Positions 34,289-35,967 of a stretch of DNA of 35,967 bases are shown here, piece after piece (position 1 is the first letter of the stretch; every line of letters starts with the position of its first letter). The stretch spans positions 1 to 35,967 of the forward strand of contig CAJONH010000040.1 in NCBI GenBank assembly GCA_905235825.1. The letters run 5' to 3'. The notes below the pieces were generated by a model, which was not told the DNA's origin, did no database searches, and saw only the letters and a program-made list of their open reading frames with translations. The stretch is from Candidatus Gastranaerophilales bacterium. Lineage in GTDB: Bacteria; Cyanobacteriota; Vampirovibrionia; Gastranaerophilales; Gastranaerophilaceae. A program made the position numbers and the translations under genes.

Positions 34289-34945
34289 ATGAAGAAAGAG
34301 TTTATATTTGTAGGTCCGCCAGGAAGCGGAAAGGGTACGCAGACAAAAATGCTGTCAAAGGAATTTAATTTACCACATATAGATACCGGCTCTTTATTAA
34401 GGGAAGAAGTTGCCTCCGGCAGTGAAGAAGGCAGGCTTGCCGCAAGTTTTATGGATAACGGAAACCTTGTTCCTATTGATTTGGTTTCTAAAATTATAAA
34501 AAACAGATTATCAAAAAAAGATTGCGAAAACGGTTTTATACTTGACGGTTATCCCAGAAGCAGCGAGCAGGCACTTGCTCTTGATGAAATATTAAAAGAG
34601 ATTGATAAAGAAGAAAAAATTACGCCTCAAGTATTTTATTTTGAAGTCAATCAGGATAAACTTGTTGAAAGACTTGTTAACAGGCGTTCTTGCTCAAAAT
34701 GCGGTGCAATTTATAACTTAAAAACAATGAAATTAAAAGATGAAACAAAATGTGAAAAATGCGGCGGCGACTTGAAAAGACGGGATGATGATACAGAAGA
34801 AGTTGCAGTTAAAAGATTTACTACATATTTTAAAGAAACGGCACCAATAATCGATATGTATAAAAAACGAGGCTGGCTCTCATCAATAGATGCAAGTTTG
34901 GATATTGATACCATATATAAAAATTTAAAAGGAGCAATAAAATAA
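34289..34945 (+). CDS. adk: Adenylate kinase (long form with a Zn-binding lid)
   Basis: GPPGSGKGTQ P-loop, LDGYPR, and the lid cysteines CSKCG...CEKCGG. 218 aa. Confidence 0.9.
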   Translation: MKKEFIFVGPPGSGKGTQTKMLSKEFNLPHIDTGSLLREEVASGSEEGRLAASFMDNGNLVPIDLVSKIIKNRLSKKDCENGFILDGYPRSSEQALALDEILKEIDKEEKITPQVFYFEVNQDKLVERLVNRRSCSKCGAIYNLKTMKLKDETKCEKCGGDLKRRDDDTEEVAVKRFTTYFKETAPIIDMYKKRGWLSSIDASLDIDTIYKNLKGAIK

Positions 34946-34946
34946 A

Positions 34947-35699
34947 ATGTCCATACACAGAAAATCTAAGCATGAAATAAATATAATGAAACAGGCGGGA
35001 AATATTGTTGCACTCGTTCATGCAGCAATGAAAGATGCTGTTAAAGAAGGTGTTACAACAAAAGAACTTGATGAACTTGCCGCAAAAATAATAAAAGAAA
35101 ATAAAGCAGATCCTACATTTCTCGGATACAACGGTTTTCCTGCAACAATCTGTACTTCTGTTAATGAACAAATCGTTCATGGAATACCGTCAAATGATGT
35201 AGTATTAAAAAGCGGCGATATAATAAGTATTGACGTTGGTGCAACTTATAAGGGCTATGTAGGTGACAGTGCTTGGACGTATCCCGTTGGTGATATTTCC
35301 GATGATAAAAAATTGCTGTTAAAAGCAACAGAAGAAGCATTGTTTGCCGGTTTAGAACACATGAAAACAAATGACAAACTTGAAAATGTTGCAGGTGCTA
35401 TTGAAGATGTTGCAAAAAAATATAAAATGGGAATAGTAAGACAGTACGGCGGTCATGGTGTCGGCAGAGTTATGCACGAAGAACCGTTTGTATTTAATTA
35501 CAGAACAAATAATCCGCTTGTATTGATGCACGGTATGACAATAGCCATAGAGCCGATGTTGAATCTCGGCTGTGATGATGTTATTGTATTGGATGATAAC
35601 TGGACTGTAGTTACAAAAGATAAAAAAGCATCGGGACATTTCGAACATACCGTTCACGTTACTGATGACGGTCCTGAAATATTAACAAAACTTCTATAA
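34947..35699 (+). CDS. map: Type I methionine aminopeptidase
   Basis: VHGIP, the DVGATYKGYVGDSAWT metal ligands, HGVG and the EP...EHTV motifs. 250 aa. It starts 1 nt after the adk stop. Confidence 0.9.
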   Translation: MSIHRKSKHEINIMKQAGNIVALVHAAMKDAVKEGVTTKELDELAAKIIKENKADPTFLGYNGFPATICTSVNEQIVHGIPSNDVVLKSGDIISIDVGATYKGYVGDSAWTYPVGDISDDKKLLLKATEEALFAGLEHMKTNDKLENVAGAIEDVAKKYKMGIVRQYGGHGVGRVMHEEPFVFNYRTNNPLVLMHGMTIAIEPMLNLGCDDVIVLDDNWTVVTKDKKASGHFEHTVHVTDDGPEILTKLL

Positions 35700-35709
35700 G
35701 GAAAATTTT

Positions 35710-35967
35710 ATGATAGAAATGCGAGTAATGGGTATAGCTATTGATACGGCGACAGGTTCTCCCATAATAGTTTTAAATGATTTAGATAACAGAAAGGCAT
35801 TACCGATATGGATTGGCAGCGCAGAAGCAGGCGCAATTATAAGAAAAATTGAAAACATAAAAATGGCAAGACCGATGACTCACGATTTATTAATAGATAT
35901 CATCAATAAAACAGGCTACCACGTTGACAGAGTAGAAATAAACGATGTTGAAAACGACACCTATTAT
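35710..35967 (+). CDS. Bifunctional nuclease family protein (DUF151/BFN); 5' part only because the gene runs off the window
   Basis: Translation MIEMRVMGIAIDTATGSPIIVLNDLDNRKALPIWIGSAEAGAIIRKIENIKMARPMTHDLL matches the BFN signature (PIWIG..EA..I.....RP.THDL). AAGGAAA lies upstream of the ATG. Confidence 0.7.
   Translation, partial: MIEMRVMGIAIDTATGSPIIVLNDLDNRKALPIWIGSAEAGAIIRKIENIKMARPMTHDLLIDIINKTGYHVDRVEINDVENDTYY

Noticed and set aside
1-35967. Stop-codon reassignment, CRISPR arrays, tRNA/rRNA genes, prophage or defence islands
   Set aside because: TGA ends murC, TAG ends the 492-aa gene and TAA ends most others, all at expected protein lengths. No spaced direct-repeat arrays or tRNA-like T-arm sequences occur in any intergenic gap. 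No integrase, transposase, nuclease-helicase or phage structural motifs were recognised.

Overview
This is an AT-rich bacterial chromosomal window (roughly 30% G+C by eye). It is densely coding and uses the standard genetic code: TAA, TAG and TGA all terminate well-supported genes. Most content is housekeeping. It includes the N-terminal stub of hpf and a ROK sugar kinase. A tightly packed six-gene minus-strand operon follows: Gfo/Idh/MocA oxidoreductase, CDP-alcohol phosphatidyltransferase, trmL, nnrD, a TPR protein and trmFO. Next come pgpH-ybeY-dgkA plus an AsmA/TamB-like envelope protein, which suggests a diderm. The rest is gatA coupled to a secreted TPR-NHL protein, a DAACS symporter, murC-murB-ddl-ftsQ, adk-map, and the start of a DUF151 bifunctional nuclease. 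Four loci look accessory. (i) A three-gene glycan-modification island: DegT aminotransferase, a GT2-methyltransferase fusion and a pyruvyl transferase. (ii) A 1454-aa, highly divergent GH13-like protein transcribed divergently from a tail-anchored 94-aa protein and a 492-aa TrpH/PHP-like protein whose metal-binding motifs are all substituted. (iii) A 794-aa, ~15-TM membrane protein. (iv) A monocistronic 134-aa orphan gene with a long GC-rich leader. I saw no rRNA, tRNA, CRISPR array, transposase, integrase or recognisable defence gene. The three most interesting signals are non-obvious. One is a ~222-nt GC-enriched, nested-inverted-repeat element in the 434-bp pgpH/degT intergenic region, a candidate structured ncRNA that may be 6S-like. 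The second is an N-terminal motif (QN[SN]NSK..VSF[SN]G) shared by the giant GH13 protein and the degenerate PHP protein. The third is an exact 12-mer (TTTGTAAAAAAT) recurring in two separate intergenic regions. All functional calls come from motif recognition by eye, and no searches were run.
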